Origin: the human T2T-CHM13v2.0 reference genome, Homo sapiens | Assembly: GCF_009914755.1 (NCBI RefSeq) | Contig: NC_060927.1 | Length of the DNA stretch: 64,000 nt | Strand: one strand, 5' to 3' | Part shown: one piece after another, positions 13,032 to 30,994 of the stretch | How the letters are laid out: each line of letters opens with the position of its first letter | How positions within the stretch are numbered: position 1 is the first letter of the stretch | The notes under the pieces: model-generated | What the model was told of the DNA's origin: nothing | The model's input: only the letters and a program-made list of their open reading frames with translations | The model's database searches: none | Made by a program: the position numbers and the translations under genes

Positions 13032-14139
13032 CAATGCTAGAAGTGAGATTTCAAGATACAAGTTATGAAAATTATGAGGAAAGAAACCACGATGATAGCA
13101 GTGCAGTAGGTTGGGGGTCTTAAGAAGGAAGGCCAAGCTGGCACCCTCTTACTGCCTACAGGGCAGGTCAGGGACACAGTGAAGGCTGGGCACCAGCTAC
13201 TATGCTATCAGGTTCAGAGGCTGACTATAGGGGAGATAGAAAATGTTTTTATCAAGATCAGAAGGAAAATATTACAATGGACTCTGGCTTTGGAAAAATT
13301 TACGGTTCTCTACAGATAATTTAATTGGTTATCCTGAGCAGTCCATGCAGATTTCTGTCACTGGAGGGACTCAAAGGTGCCTAGTGGGTGACTAACCATA
13401 CATTCTCTAAGAAATCTATCTTGTTTGGAGAAGACCATCAAGTGCTGGAGATAGGATTGTACAGTGAAAAGAGATACAGCCTGATCTTTTTTTTCCTTCA
13501 TGTCATATTTTCTGGACAAGAAAGGATGAGAGCTAAAAGAACAATTTGTAAACCATCTAGGCAATGGGAGCTACATGCAAGGAGCAGGCTATTGAGAAAA
13601 GCAGTGACAGCAGGAAAGCAAAGGTCTTCCCTGTGCCAGGGCACACAAGCAGGACTCTCAAGCCTCCTGGAAACAGAGCCCCTTGGAGAGTTGGAGCCAG
13701 CAAGGCAGGGCAGAAGAATGAGCCTGAACACGAAGCTAAGCTAGCACGTGGCAAGAACTTGGTGCTTTAACTGCTTAGACAACAAACATATAGCCCTCTA
13801 CCAGACCTACAGGATGTGATCCCCTTTCCCCTTCTTCACTCTCCCACAGAACTATCCCTCTTTGTCTCTTCTTTAAGGCCATGGTTCTCAAATTGTGTCA
13901 CTATTTGCCACTAGGCACTATTAGTTATCAGAGAAGTGGAAAGTATTTTGTAGTTAGTATTAAAATACCTAAGCATTAAAATATATATTTTCTTAACTCA
14001 AAAGAGACCAGGGTTATTTCCACAATAACATCATTTTCACTCCCCTGCTCTATTAATCAGGTATTGTTGGTTGGAAAAGACAAAAATTTCACTCACACTA
14101 GCTTAAGCCAAAAAGAGGATTTATTTGAAGGTTATTGAA

Positions 14140-14718
14140 TAGTCCAGTTACCATTACTGTGTAACATATTATCCCCAAACCTGGTAGGTTAAAGCGACCA
14201 CTTTATCAACCATTTTATCATGCCTATGAATTATATGGGTTGGGAATTTGCATAGGACACAATGGGAATGGCTCTGCTCCATGATGTCTGGGGTCTCATC
14301 TGAGAAGATTCAATGGCTGACGGTGACTCACTGGTTGGGGGCTGGAATCATCTAAAGATTTATTCACTCACATGCCTGGGTGGCTGATGTTAACTGACCT
14401 CAGCTGGGGCTGTCAACCAGAGCATCTACACATGGCCTCTACATATGGCCTGAACTTCCTCACAGCATGTGAGTCTCACAATAATGGAGCATCTTACATG
14501 GTGGATCAGGGCTCCATGCAATTTTTCCAGCTAACAAAATTGAAGTTGTATCACCTTTTATGACTTGTTTTTGGAAGACTCATAATGTCCCATCAGCTGT
14601 ACTGTTTTGGTTACAAGCAAAACAAAGTCTATTCAGATAAAAGGGGAAAGGAAATATACCCTACCTCTCAGAGGAAGGGCATCAAAATCATTTTCAGACA
14701 TGTTTTTAAACCATCACA
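14140..14718 (-). mobile_element. MaLR solo LTR (MLT1G/H-like), apparently nested in an older MLT1K/L-like LTR (~14050-14900)
   Basis: ccattactgtgtaacatattatccccaaac start, ctctgctccatgatgtctggg core, ttttaaaccatcaca end. Confidence 0.7.
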
Positions 14719-15559
14719 CTGGGCTGTCTTGTGTAACTGTGGGAACTAGGGACTCAAACTCTGCCAGCACCCTCTCCTTCTCTTTGCATGCTGACTTCTT
14801 TGGCTTCCTTCTTTCTTACTGCAGACTGGCTTCAACCAGAGAGCAGAGAGAAGACATCTAGAAATATATAGCACAGACATGACCCCTGGAGATCCCTCTT
14901 TATTTTCTTAGGCCATTGTCAGAGGGGAGATAGCCTTTATGAGATAAGCAGCATCTCCAAATGCCTCTGCAACATTTGTTATCCAATATGCTCTCTTGAG
15001 TGCAAGAGCAATGGTAAACTGACAGTCAGATACTGTGGAGTTACCAGTATCTTATATTTTATCATATATATGTTCACGTCAAATTCCAATGATTGGGAAA
15101 AGGAAAATAGTTGAAAGTTCTGCTTTTTGGCACCAACTGAATTTTACCCTGAATTATAATATGGATATGTCATTTCCTTCTCTAAACTTTGAGTGCCTTG
15201 AGGAGCATATGAAACTAATGCTCAATATATATTTGATTGAATTGAAGCACAAATGAGTATTCTAAGTGGATATAAATCCATTACTATTTAACATGATAGG
15301 AAACCCCAAGTTATATGGACAGTGAATGTGTCTAAGATTAAATAAAAATACATCAGTGTATACTGAAATATTTAGTATATTTGTTTATATCTTACTTAAG
15401 TGGTATTTTCTTCATTAATAAATACGTTAAGTGCACAAGTTTGATTAAAATACTTATTTAAGTTCACTTTTAGTAGCAAACACTAGCAACTTAGTAGTGA
15501 CTCGGCACGGTTCCCGATTTTATTAAGGTAATCAGCCACCACTTTATGTCCAATTGAAA

Positions 15560-16360
15560 GGAGATAAATTCTCTCTGGAGAAAGATAATGTCAACATACA
15601 TTCATCAAAATATTGTAACATATTAGGAAGAATTAAAAAGAAATTAATGCTAGAATTAAAAATGTAATATCTCAAAATTCAGAACACACTGGATGAATTC
15701 ACAAAGGTGAACTCAAAGAGCAATAGAAAATATGACTAAAGTTCAAAGAGAAAAAAAACACAGCCTTAGGAAACAGAAATATAAGTCAATAGAAAATCCA
15801 AACTGAAGTACATAAAGAAAAAAGAAGATAGAAAAACACAGAAAAGATTGTTAAAGAAATGTGGGAAATGGTGAGAATGCTCCCACATACATGGAGTTGG
15901 AGAGCAAAAAAGAGGATGAGACAGAAGCAATATGGGAAAAGATAACAGTCAAAATTTTTTCAAAGTGATGAAAGACAAACCCACAAATTCTACATGCACT
16001 ACTAATACTTAAAAGAAACAAAGTCAAAGGAAAGTACACTTAGACACATCATTGTAAGACTCTTGGCAGGAGAGTGAGAGACAGAGAGAAATTAAGATAT
16101 TAAGAATGGCTAGAAGGTAAAGATACATTACTTTCAAAGAATAAACAATAAGATGGGTATTTGATTTTGCCACCGAAATGACAGAAGTTTGAGGATAATG
16201 GAATGATTTTCAATTATGCCAGGAAAAAAAAGCAAATAAATAATGGCCAACCTAGAATTCTGAACCTTGAGAAAATATTCTTCAAAAATTAATATGAAAT
16301 AAAAGTGGTTTGGGGCAAATTAAAAGTAGGAGGAATAGCCATCAATCCTGTATTTAAAGA
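15560..16360 (+). mobile_element. Ancient L1M(E)/HAL1 ORF1-region remnant
   Basis: A-rich degenerate ORF1-like sequence (tagacacatcattgtaagact, caacctagaattctgaaccttgagaaaatattcttc). Confidence 0.6.
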
Positions 16361-19143
16361 AATAGAGAGAGAAAAGAGGCAGAAACAAACAGAATCCTTA
16401 ATTGATTGTCTTCCCCACAGCAACACCAACCTGAACAACTATCCAAACAAAAAAGCACCTTCATAAGAACCAAAAATGAGCTTAGGTACCAGTTTGGCCG
16501 CAGTGAGATAGAGCATCAAACAAGCTCTTGGGGTTGCAAATTCCTAGCTTGGCTCTTAAACAGCATTTCTAAAGCTGTCCTGGGCCAGAGGGGAGTCTAC
16601 TGCCCTGAAGGGAGAGTCCCAGACCTGGCAACCTTCACCATAAACTGACTGAAGAGAACCTGGGCCCTTAATGAACATCAGCAGTAGCCAGGCAGTACTT
16701 GCCATTGGTCTAGGGTGGTGGTGGCCATGGGAAGAAACTCCTGTTTGTGGAAAGCGGAAGGAAGAGTCAGAAGGACTTTGTCTTGCGGCTTGGATGCCAG
16801 CTTAACTCAGCCACAGTAGAATAGAGCATCATGTAGATTTCTAAGGTTTCTGACTCCAAGCCCTGTCTCCCAGACAGCACCTCTGGGCCTGCTGAAGACA
16901 AAGGGGAAATCATCACCTTGAAGGGAAGGACACAAGCCTGGTTGGCTTCACCACATATCGATGGTAGAGCCCTAGGCCCTTGAACGTACATTGGTGGTAG
17001 CCAGCCAGTGTTTTCCATGATCCTGGGATAAGACCAATTGCTATGCTGGCTTCACATCTCACGCCACGCAGCACAGTTCCATTGGTGATGGCCACAGGAG
17101 TGCTTGTATCATCCCTCCTCCAGCTCCAGGCAGCCCAGCACAGAGAGACTCTTTGTTTGGGAGAAAGTAAGGAAAGAGAACAAGAGATTCTGCCTGGTGG
17201 TCCACATAATTTTTCTGAACCTTATCCAAGGCCACCAAGGAGGTCCCTCTAGGAGGCTGAAAGAGCCATAGCATTGCTGGGCTTGGGGTGCCCCCTAAGG
17301 CAGATAAACTGCAGTGACCAAAGACTTAGGTCACAACACCAAAGTCTCTTTAATACCTGGAAAGCCTTCCAAATAAGAATGGGTACAAACAAGCACAGAC
17401 TAAAAAGACCTCAATAAATACCTAACTCTTCAATTCCCCAACACTGACAAACATCCACAACCATCAAGACCATGTAGGAAAATACGACCTCACCAAATGA
17501 ACTAAATAAAGCACCAGTGGCCTTTCAGACAGAGAATACGAAATGGCTGTTTTGAGAAAACTCAACAAAATTCAAGACTCACAGAGAAGGAATTCAGAAT
17601 TCTATCAGATAAATTTAACAAAAATATTCAAATAATCAAAAAGAATCAAACATAAATTCTGGATCTGAAAAATGTAATTTGACACAATGAAGAATACATC
17701 AGAACCTTATAATAGCAGAATTGATAATGCAGAAGAAAGAATTAGTGAGCTTGAAGACAGCCTATTTGAAAATACACAGTCAGAGAAAACAAAATAAAAA
17801 AACATAAAAAAGCATGAACCATGCCTACAAGATCTAAAAAGTGGCCCCAAAAGGGCAAATCTAAGAGTTATTAGCTTAAAGAGGAGGTAGAGAGAAATAG
17901 GGGTAGAAAGTTTATTCAAAGAGATAACAACAGATAATTTCCCAAACCTAGAGAAAGATATCAATATTCAAGTACAAAAAGGTTACAGAACACAAAGCAG
18001 ATTTAACTGAAAGAAGACTACCTCATGACATTTAATAATCAAACTCCCAAAGATCAAGGATAAAGAAAGGATCCTAAAAGTAGCAAGAGAAAAGAAACAA
18101 CATACAATGAAGCTTCAAAACATCTGGCAACAGACTTTTCAGTGGAAACCCAGGCCAGGAAAGAGTGGCATGATATATTCAAAGTGCTGAAGGAAAAAAA
18201 AACTTTTATCCTAGAATAGTATATCCAGTGAAAATATCCTCCAAACATGAAGGAGAAATAAAGACTTTAACAGATAAACAAAAGCTGAGAGATTTCATCA
18301 ACATCACACCTATCCTGTAAGAAACGCTGAAGAGAGTACTTCAATCAGAAAGAAAAGAACATTAATGAGCAATAAATAATCACCTGAAGGTACAAAACTC
18401 ACTATTAATAGCAAGCTCAAAGAAAAACACAGAATATTATGACACTGTAATTGTGGTGTGTAAACTACTTTTATCCAAAGTAGAAAGATTAAACAATGAA
18501 CCAATGAAAAATAATAACTACAACTTTTCAAGGCATAGTAGTACAGTAAGATATAAACAGAAACAACAAAAAGTTTTAAAGTTGGCAGATGAAGTTAAGG
18601 CGTAGAGTTTTTATTAGTTTTGGGGGATAAAGTTAAGGCATAGAGTTTTTAGGTATTTTCTCTTTGCTTATTTGTTTGTTTGTTTATGCAAATAGTGTTA
18701 AGTTGTTATCAGGTTAAAATAATGGGTTATAAGATAGGATTTGCAAACCTCGTGGTAACCTCAAACTGGAAAACATACAATGGATACACAAAAAATAAAA
18801 AGTGAGATACTAAATCATATCACCAGAGAAAATCACCTTCACTAGAGGAAGACAGGAAGGAAGGAAAGAAAGAAGGAAGAGAATACCACAAAACAACCAG
18901 AAAATAAATTTAAAAATGGCAGGAGTAAGTATTCAGTTATTAATAATAATATTGAATGTAAATAGATTAAGTTCTCCAATCAAAAGACGTAGACTGGCTG
19001 AATGAAAAAAAAGAAAAGACAAAACCCATTGATATGTTGCTTATAAGAAACACATTTCACCTATAAAGACACACATTGACTAAAAATAAAGGGATGGAAA
19101 AAGATATTCCACACCAATGGAAACTAAAAAAGAGCAGGGGTCA

Positions 19144-19445
19144 GCCAGGCACAGTGCCTCATGCCTGTAGTCCCAGCACTTTGGGAGGCCAAGGCAAGTG
19201 GATCACTTGAGCCCAGGAGTTCAAGACCAGCCTAGGCAACATAGCAAAATCCCATCTCTACAAAAAATACTAAAATTTGCTAGGTTTGGTTGTGCACACC
19301 TGTAGTCCCAGCTACTTGGGAGGCTGAGGTGGGAGAATCACTCGAGCCTGAAAGGTCAAGCCTGCAGTGAACTAAGCTCTCATCACTGCCCTACAGCTTG
19401 GGTAACAGAGTGAGACTCTGTCTTAAAAAATTAAGTAAATAAATA
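19144..19445 (+). mobile_element. AluJ inserted in old L1 ORF2
   Basis: Complete dimeric Alu with J-like divergence. Diverged TSD aaaagagcaggggtca / aaaagatcaggagtca. Confidence 0.9.
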
Positions 19446-20367
19446 AAAGATCAGGAGTCACTATACTTACATCAGACAAATAGATTTCAAGACAAAAACC
19501 ATAAGAAGAGACAAAGAAAGTAACTTTATAATGATAAAGAGGCCAATTCAGCAAGAGGATAGAACAATTTTAAATATATATACACCCAACACTGAAGCAC
19601 CCAGATATATAAAGGAAATATTGTTAGAGCTAAAGAGACAGATAGGCCCCTGTACAAAATAGCTGGACACTTCAGCGCCCCACTTTCAGCATCTTTAAGA
19701 GAGAAAATCAACAAAGAAACATCAGATTTAATCTGCACAATTGGATTTAATAGATATTTACAAAACATTTCATCCAAGAGCTGCAGAATACATTCTTTTC
19801 CTCAGCACATAGATCTTCTTAAGGATAGGCCATATGTTAGGTCACAAAACAAGTCTTAAAACATTTTTAAAAATTGAAATAATGTCAAGCATCTTCTCTG
19901 ACCACCGTGGAGTAAAGCTAGAAATCAATAACAAGAGGAATTTTGGAAACTATACAAATACATGGAAATTAAACAATGTGCTCTTGAATGACCAGTGGGT
20001 CAATGAATAAATTAAGAAAAAAACTGAGAATTTTTTTGAAACAAATGATAATGGAAACACAACATACCAAAACTTACGGGATACAGCAAAAGATGTACTC
20101 AGAAAGAAGATTATAGTTACAAGTGCCTACATTTAAAAAGAGGAAAAACTTCAAATAAACCATCTAATGATGCGTCTTAAAGAACTAGAAAAGCAAGAGC
20201 AAACCAAACCCAAAACAAGCAGAAGAAAAAGCATAAAGACCAAAGCAGAAATAAATGGAATTGAAATGAAAAAAAATACAAATTATCAATGAAATAAGAA
20301 GGTGGTTTTTTGAAATGTGAAACAATATTGATGAACCTTTAACCAGACTAAGAAAAAAAGAGAAAAT

Positions 20368-21274
20368 GGAGGGAGGAGCCAAGATGGCCGAATAGGAACA
20401 GCTCCTGTCTACAGCTCCCAGCGTGACCGACGCGGAAGACCGGTGATTTCTGCATTTCCATCTGAGGTACCGGGTTCATCTCACTAGGGAGTGCCAGACA
20501 GTGGGCGCAGGCCAGTGGGTGCGCGCACGGTGCGCGAGCCGAAGCAGGGCGAGGCATTGCCTCACCTGGGAAGCGCAAGGGGTCAGGGAGTTCCCTTTCC
20601 AAGTCAAAGAAAGGGGTGACAGACGCACCTGGAAAATCGGGTCACTCCCACCCGAATATTGCGCTTTTCAGACCGGCTTAAAAAACGGCGCACCACGAGA
20701 CTATATCCCACGCCTGGCTCTGAGGGTCCTACGCCCACGGAATCTCGCTGATTTCTAGCACAGCAGTCTGTGATCAAACTGCAAGGCGGCAGCGAGGCTG
20801 GGGGAGGGGCGCCCACCATTGCCCAGGCTTGCTTAGGTAAACAAAGCAGCCTGGAAGCTCGAACTGGGTGGAGCCCACCACAGCTCAAGGAGGCCTGCCT
20901 GCCTCTGTAGGCTCCACCTCTGGGGGCAGGGCACAGACAAACAAAAAGACAGCAGTAACCTCTGCAGACTTAAATGTCCCTGTCTGACAGCTTTGAAGAG
21001 AGCAGTGGTTCTCCCAGCACGCAGCTGGAGATCTGAGAACCAGCAGACTGCCTCTTCAAGTGGGTCCCTGACCCCTGACCCCCGAGCAGCCTAACTGGGA
21101 GGCACCCCCCAGCAGGGGCACACTGACACCTCACACGGCAGGATATTCCAACAGACCTGCAGCTGAGGGTCCTGTCTGTTAGAAGGAAAACTAACAAACA
21201 GAAAGGACATCCACACCAAAAACCCATCTGTACATCACCATCATCAAAGACCAAAAGTAGATAAAACCACAAAC
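20368..21274 (+). promoter_or_regulatory. L1 5'UTR internal Pol II promoter (YY1 site aagatggccg at 20381-20390), CpG-rich, with antisense promoter region
   Basis: Canonical L1PA 5'UTR with many retained CpGs in 20380-20820. Confidence 0.85.
20604..20819 (-). CDS. LINE-1 ORF0 (71 aa, antisense 5'UTR ORF), reading frame intact
   Basis: ATG at 20819-20817 giving MVGAPPPASLPPCSLITDCCARNQRDSVGVGPSEPGVGYSLVVRRFLSRSEKRNIRVGVTRFSRCVCHPFL*, matching the length and sequence of primate L1 ORF0. Confidence 0.85.
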   Translation of the reverse strand: MVGAPPPASLPPCSLITDCCARNQRDSVGVGPSEPGVGYSLVVRRFLSRSEKRNIRVGVTRFSRCVCHPFL

Positions 21275-22274
21275 ATGGGGAAAAAACAGAACAGAAAAAC
21301 TGGAAGTTCTAAAAATCAGAGCACCTCTCCTCCTCCAAAGGAACGCAGCTCCTCACCAGCAACAGAACAAAGCTGGATGGAGAATGACTTTGACGAGCTG
21401 AGAGAAGTAGGCTTCAGACGATCAAATTACTCTGAGCTACGGGAGGACATTCAAACCAAAGGCAAAGAAGTTGAAAACTTTGAAAAAAATTTAGAAGAAT
21501 GTATAACTAGAATAACCAATACAGAGAAGTGCTTAAAGGAGCTGATGGAGCTGAAAACCAAGGCTCGAGAACTACGTGAAGAATGCAGAAGCCTCAGGAG
21601 CCGATGCGATGTCAGCAATGGAAGATGAAATGAATGAAATGAAGCGAGAAGGGAAGTTTAGAGAAAAAAGAATAAAAAGAAATGAGCAAAGCCTCCAAGA
21701 AATATGGGACTATGTGAAAAGACCAAATCTACGTCTGATTGGTGTACCTGAAAGTGATGGGGAGAATGGAACCAAGTTGGAAAACACTCTGCAGGATATT
21801 ATCCAGGAGAACTTCCCCAATCTAGCAAGGCAGGCCAACGTTCAGATTCAGGAAATACAGAGAACGCCACAAAGATACTCCTCGAGAAGAGCAACTCCAA
21901 GACACATAATTGTCAGATTCACCACAGTTGAAATGAAGGAAAAAATGTTAAGGGCAGCCAGAGAGAAAGGTCGGGTTACCCTCAAAGGGAAGCCCATCAG
22001 ACTAACAGCTGATCTCTCGGCAGAAACCCTACAAGCCAGAAGAGAGTGGTGGCCAATATTCAACATTCTTAAAGAAAAGAATTTTCAACCCAGAATTTCA
22101 TATCCAGCCAAGCTAAGCTTCATAAGTGAAGGAGAAATAAAATACTTTACAGACAAGCAAATGCTGAGAGATTTTGTCACCACCAGGCCTGCCCTAAAAG
22201 AGCTCCTGAAGGAAGCGCTAAACATGGAAAGGAACAACCGGTACCAGCCGCTGCAAAATCATGCCAAAATGTAA
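21275..22274 (+). pseudogene. L1 ORF1p (RNA-binding protein), frameshifted
   Basis: MGKKQNRKTG...QNHAKM is split over two frames. Span is 1000 nt vs canonical 1017, i.e. a 17-bp deletion at ~21610 (gatgcgat|gtcagc). Confidence 0.95.
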
Positions 22275-22310
22275 AGACCATCGAGACTAGGAAGAAACTG
22301 CATCAACTAA

Positions 22311-26157
<3,847 letters not shown>

Positions 26158-28633
26158 ACAATGAGATCACATGGACACAGGAAAGGGAATATCACACTCT
26201 GGGGACTGTGGTGGGGTGGGGGGAGGGGGGAGGGATAGCATTAGGAGATATACCTAATGCTAGATGACGAGTTAGTGGGTGCAGCGCAGCAGCATGGCAC
26301 ATGTATACAGATGTAACTAACCTGCACAATGTGCACATGTACCCTAAAACTTAAAGTGTAATAAAAAAAGAAAATAAAAAAAATAAAAATAAAAATAAAA
26401 AAATAAAAAAAAAAAGAGAAAATATCCAAATAAATAAAATCAGAGATGAAAAGGCAGACATTACAACCAATATTGCAGAAATTCAAAAGATCATTAGAGG
26501 CTAGTATGAGCAACCATATGCCAATAAATTGGAAAATCTGGAAGAAATAGATAAACTCCTAGACACATACAACCTACAAAGATTGAACCACAAAGAAATC
26601 CAAAACCTGAATAGACCAATAGCAAGTAACCAGATCAAAGCCATAATTAAAATTTTCCCACTAAAGAAAAGCCAGGGACATGATGGCTTCACTGCTGAAT
26701 TTTGCTAAACATTTAAAGAACTAACACCAATCCTACTCAAACTGTTCCAAAAAATAGAGGCAAAGGGAATACTTTTAAACTCATTCCACGAGTCCAGTAT
26801 TACCCTGATACCAAAACCGGACAGACACATCAAAAAAAAATACTGTAAGCCAATATCCCTGACAAACATTGATGCAAAAATCTTCAACAAAATACTAGCA
26901 AACTAAGTTCAACAATATATTAGAAAGATCATTCATTGTGACCCAGTGGTATTTATCCCTGGGATGCAAGGATGGTTCCACATACACAAATCAAACAACA
27001 TCATACATTATACCAAAAGAGTGAAAGAGAAAAACCATATGATCATTTCAATTGATGCTGAAAAAGCATTTGATAAAATTCAACATCCCTTCATGATAAA
27101 AACCTCAAAAAACTGGGTATTTAAGTATTATTCCTCAACATAATAAACACCATATATGACAGACCCACAGCTGGTATCATACTGAATGGGGAAAAACAGA
27201 AAGCCTTTACTGTAAGATATGAAAGACAATTAGGATGCCCACTTTCACCACTGTTGTTCAACACAGCACTCGAAGTTCTAGCTAGAGTAATCAGTCAAAA
27301 GAAAGAAATAATTAGAAAGGAAGAAGTCAAAGTACCCTTGTTTGCAGATAATATGATTTTATATTCGGAAAAACCTGAAGACGCCACCAAAACAATATTA
27401 GAACTGATAAGTTCAGTAAAGTTGCAGAATACAACATCAACATCCAAAAATCAGTAGCATTTCTATAGGCCAACAGTGAACAATGTGAAAAAGAAATCAA
27501 AAAAGTAATCCCATTTACAATAGCTACAAATAAAATATTTCTGAATTAATTTACCATAGAAGTCAAAGATCTCTACAATGAAAATTACTAAACATTGATA
27601 AAAGAGATTGAAGAGGACACCAAAAAAATATAAATATATCCCATATTCATGGATTGGAAGAATCAATATTGTTAAAATGTCCGTACTACCCAAAGCAATC
27701 TACAGATTCAATGCAATCCCTATCAAAATACCAACAACATTCTTTACAGAAATAGAAAAAACAATCATAAAATTTGTATGGAACCACCAAAGACCCAGCC
27801 AAAGCTATCCTGAGCAAAGAAATAAAAACTAGAGGAATCACGTTATCTGACTTCAAATTACACAACAGAGCTATAGTAATAGAAACAGCATGGTATTGGC
27901 ATAAAAACAGACACATAGACCATTGGAGCAGAATAGAGAACCCAGAAACAAATCCATACATCTACAGTTAACTCATTTTTGACACAGGTGCCAAGAACAA
28001 ACATTAAGAAAGGGACAATGTCTTCAATAAATGGTGTTGGGAAAACTGGATATCCATATGCAGAAGAACGAAACTACACCCCTCTTTCACCATATGCAAA
28101 AAACCAAATCAAAACTAATTGAAGATTTAAATCTAAGATCTTAAACTATGAAATCACTAAAAGAAAGGATTGGGGAAATGCTACCACAAGTTGGACTGGG
28201 CAAACTCAGGTAACCAAAGCAAAAATGGACAAATGGGATCACATCAAGTTTAACAGTTTCTGCACAGCAAAGGAAACACAAGTGAAGGAAAAATGCACAG
28301 AGCGGGAGAAAACATTTGCAAACTATCCATCTGACAAGGAATTGCTAACCAGAATATGTGAAGAGCTCAAACAACTCAATAGGAAAAAAATCTAATAGAC
28401 CAATGAATAAATGGACAAAGATCTGAATAGACATTTCTCAAAAGAAGATACACAAATGCCAAACAGGAACATGAAAAGGTGCTCAATATCATGGATCATC
28501 TGAGAAACGCATGCATGTCAATCCCAATACAGTCATTTCTTTAAGTTTGCTACTTTGTTTGATGTTCATAACAGTCATTAAGTCGTCAAGAGAAAATCTC
28601 GAATGATGTTTATAAAAATTGTTTACTAACAAA

Positions 28634-30990
28634 GTGTGTCAATTCAGATTCCCTGTGAAAGAGACACCAAGATGAAATTAGACATGTTGAAGATTTACTA
28701 AGGGATGTACTTGCGAAGGATAAAAGGGAAGAGGAGCAGAAGAAGGCATGAGAAGTTTCAGACCATGATATAGGTCTAGCACCTGTGTAAGGAAAGAAGG
28801 AAGGAAGTACTGGGTTAGAAAAGTCACAGACCACAGCACATTTCTGAGAAAATTTCTAGCAGTCTAACAGGGAGTCTCCAAGCAAAGCTGTCCTTCAGAG
28901 GAATCTCAAGTTGCACAGGAACGAGCTGGCACTATGGTACAATTCCATGTTGGACAGGAGGGAGTCTGCCAAGCTCATTTGTTGGCTAGGAGCTGTGCAG
29001 AGGAAGCATCAATTCAGCACCCATGGGGGCAGCAGCTGGAGGCTGTCAATCAACTGTGCCCTCTGTAGTAAGTTCACTTGAGAAAAAATTCTGAATGGTG
29101 TGTCCCATGGCCACCACAGTTAAACCCTTAACCACACAGATTCACTTCCCCACTCATTTTCAAGGAGCAGTTACTCTATGCTCCCCTTGGATTTCTCTTT
29201 ATATGAGAAAACTTAAAAGGGTGAGGTTAGTGGAATGAACCATAGGCCCCAATGCTGCAGTTGATCTCAAGGCCATAACTAATACTCATCCTCTCCCTCC
29301 TACACTATGCATTCTAAAATCCCCTTATCCTCAACTATTGCCTTGGCAAGCTTGGTGGCTTACATGATAGTATGACACAAATCATCATTCTAAAGAAATC
29401 TGAATCACTGGTAGTCATTCCCTTGTCAAGCTAGAGTTGCTTCACATGTCCACTCACAGTTACAATTGGACAAGGGAGTACCAATCAGGAAGCACCTAAG
29501 TAAGTCGCCTTGGTTCCACAAGCATTCCTCCTTGTCCCAGTTTTGTAAAGGCAGTCTTCCTGCCAATCAGGGTCAATTACTTCTGCCAATGGACTTCTTT
29601 TCCTGCCTGCTGGTCCCTGGGTACATGGAGTCCAAAGTGCCCTAGCTACAGCATAATTTGTTTAATGGGATACTTACCCTCTCTCCTGACAAGAGGGCAC
29701 TTTCATTTGGAAAAAAGGCCTCCAATCCTGCAGTGCCCATAGTTTCAGGGATGGAAAGCACAAAATTCCCAGTGGGTTGTTGAGAGTGGTGCTAAGTGGG
29801 ACTACTCCTGCTTTTGAGTCTTGTTTCCTGGACATATATATCCTTCTTATTTAGCACACAGCACCAAATAGAGGTCTGACTGAATACACAAACTACATGT
29901 TGAAGGTAGGCACCCCATCTATTCTGACTGCTGCCTCTGCATTCATGAGGGCAGCAGCTGGAAGCTGTCAGTCAATTCTCCTCCCGTTCAGCAGGTATTC
30001 TTTTATTTTTTTTTTTATTTCAAGCGTGACTTATATTATGGACAGTGGCAAACATCTTCTTGAAAAGAACACTGATCAAAGGAAAGATTCTTGTGGTTCT
30101 CTGTCAGATTCTTTTTACTCCCACCCTTACCCCAGTTCTAGCTGAGATCCCTGGGAAAGCCAAGCTCAACAAAATCACTACTCTAGCAGAAGACCAATGG
30201 TATTTCAGGGATGGCATGAGTTTGTCTCTTTTTTGGTCCATTTTCCCATATTATTGTGGTCCCACACTACCTGTGCAGCCTCCAAGATGCACACTGATAT
30301 TCACATTGGTATTTTTCTGGTTCCCATCAGTCTTCCCTGCTCTTTGACCATCTGGTTCCCTTCAGATCCTACTTCTCTTTTATTTATTTATTTATTATTA
30401 TTATTATTATTATACTTTAAGTTTTAGGGTACATGTGCACAATGTACAGGTTAGTTACATATGTATACATGTGCCATGCTGCTGTGCTGCACCCATTAAC
30501 TCATCATTTAGTATTAGGTATTATCTCCTAATGCTATCCCTCCCCCGTCCCCACACCCTACAACAGTCCCCAGAGTGTGATGTTCCCCTTCCTGGGTCCA
30601 TGTGTTCTCATTGTTCAATTCCCATCTATGAGTGAGAACATGCAGTGTTTGGTTTTTTGTCCTTGCGATAGTTTACTGAGAATGATGATTTCCAATTTCA
30701 TCCATGTCCCTACAAAGGACATGAACTCATCATTTTTTATGGCTGCAAGTATTCCATGGTGTATATGTGCCACATTTTCTTAATCCAGTCTATCATTGTT
30801 GGACATTTGGGTTGGTTCCAAGTCTTTGCTATTGTGAATAGTGCCACAATAAACATACGTGTGCATGTGTCTTTATAGCAGCATGATTTATTCTTGAAAG
30901 GGATCCAAGTGGTGCACCTCCATAACCACCACCACAGCCAAGAAAGGGCCAAAAGTGTTGTAGAATGGTTTCTAGGCAAACAGCTCAACT
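28634..30990 (-). mobile_element. ERVL relic: LTR16-like LTR (~28634-29118) plus adjoining internal sequence (ERV3-16A3-like)
   Basis: tgtgtcaattcagattccctgtgaaagagacaccaagatg LTR edge and ggccaccaca boundary followed by PPT-like revcomp aaacccctt. Decayed internal sequence is interrupted by an L1 fragment. Confidence 0.6.
30378..30891 (-). mobile_element. 5'-truncated L1PA3/4-type 3' end (~510 bp)
   Basis: (TTTA/TTA)n tail, canonical L1PA 3'UTR, ORF2 C-terminus [13 protein letters not shown] on the minus strand. Confidence 0.93.
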
Positions 30991-30994
30991 TTAA

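Noticed and set aside
13388-13770. Overlapping 65-118 aa ORFs in unique sequence
   Set aside because: Mostly non-ATG starts, no domain similarity or convincing splice structure, and lengths within chance expectation.
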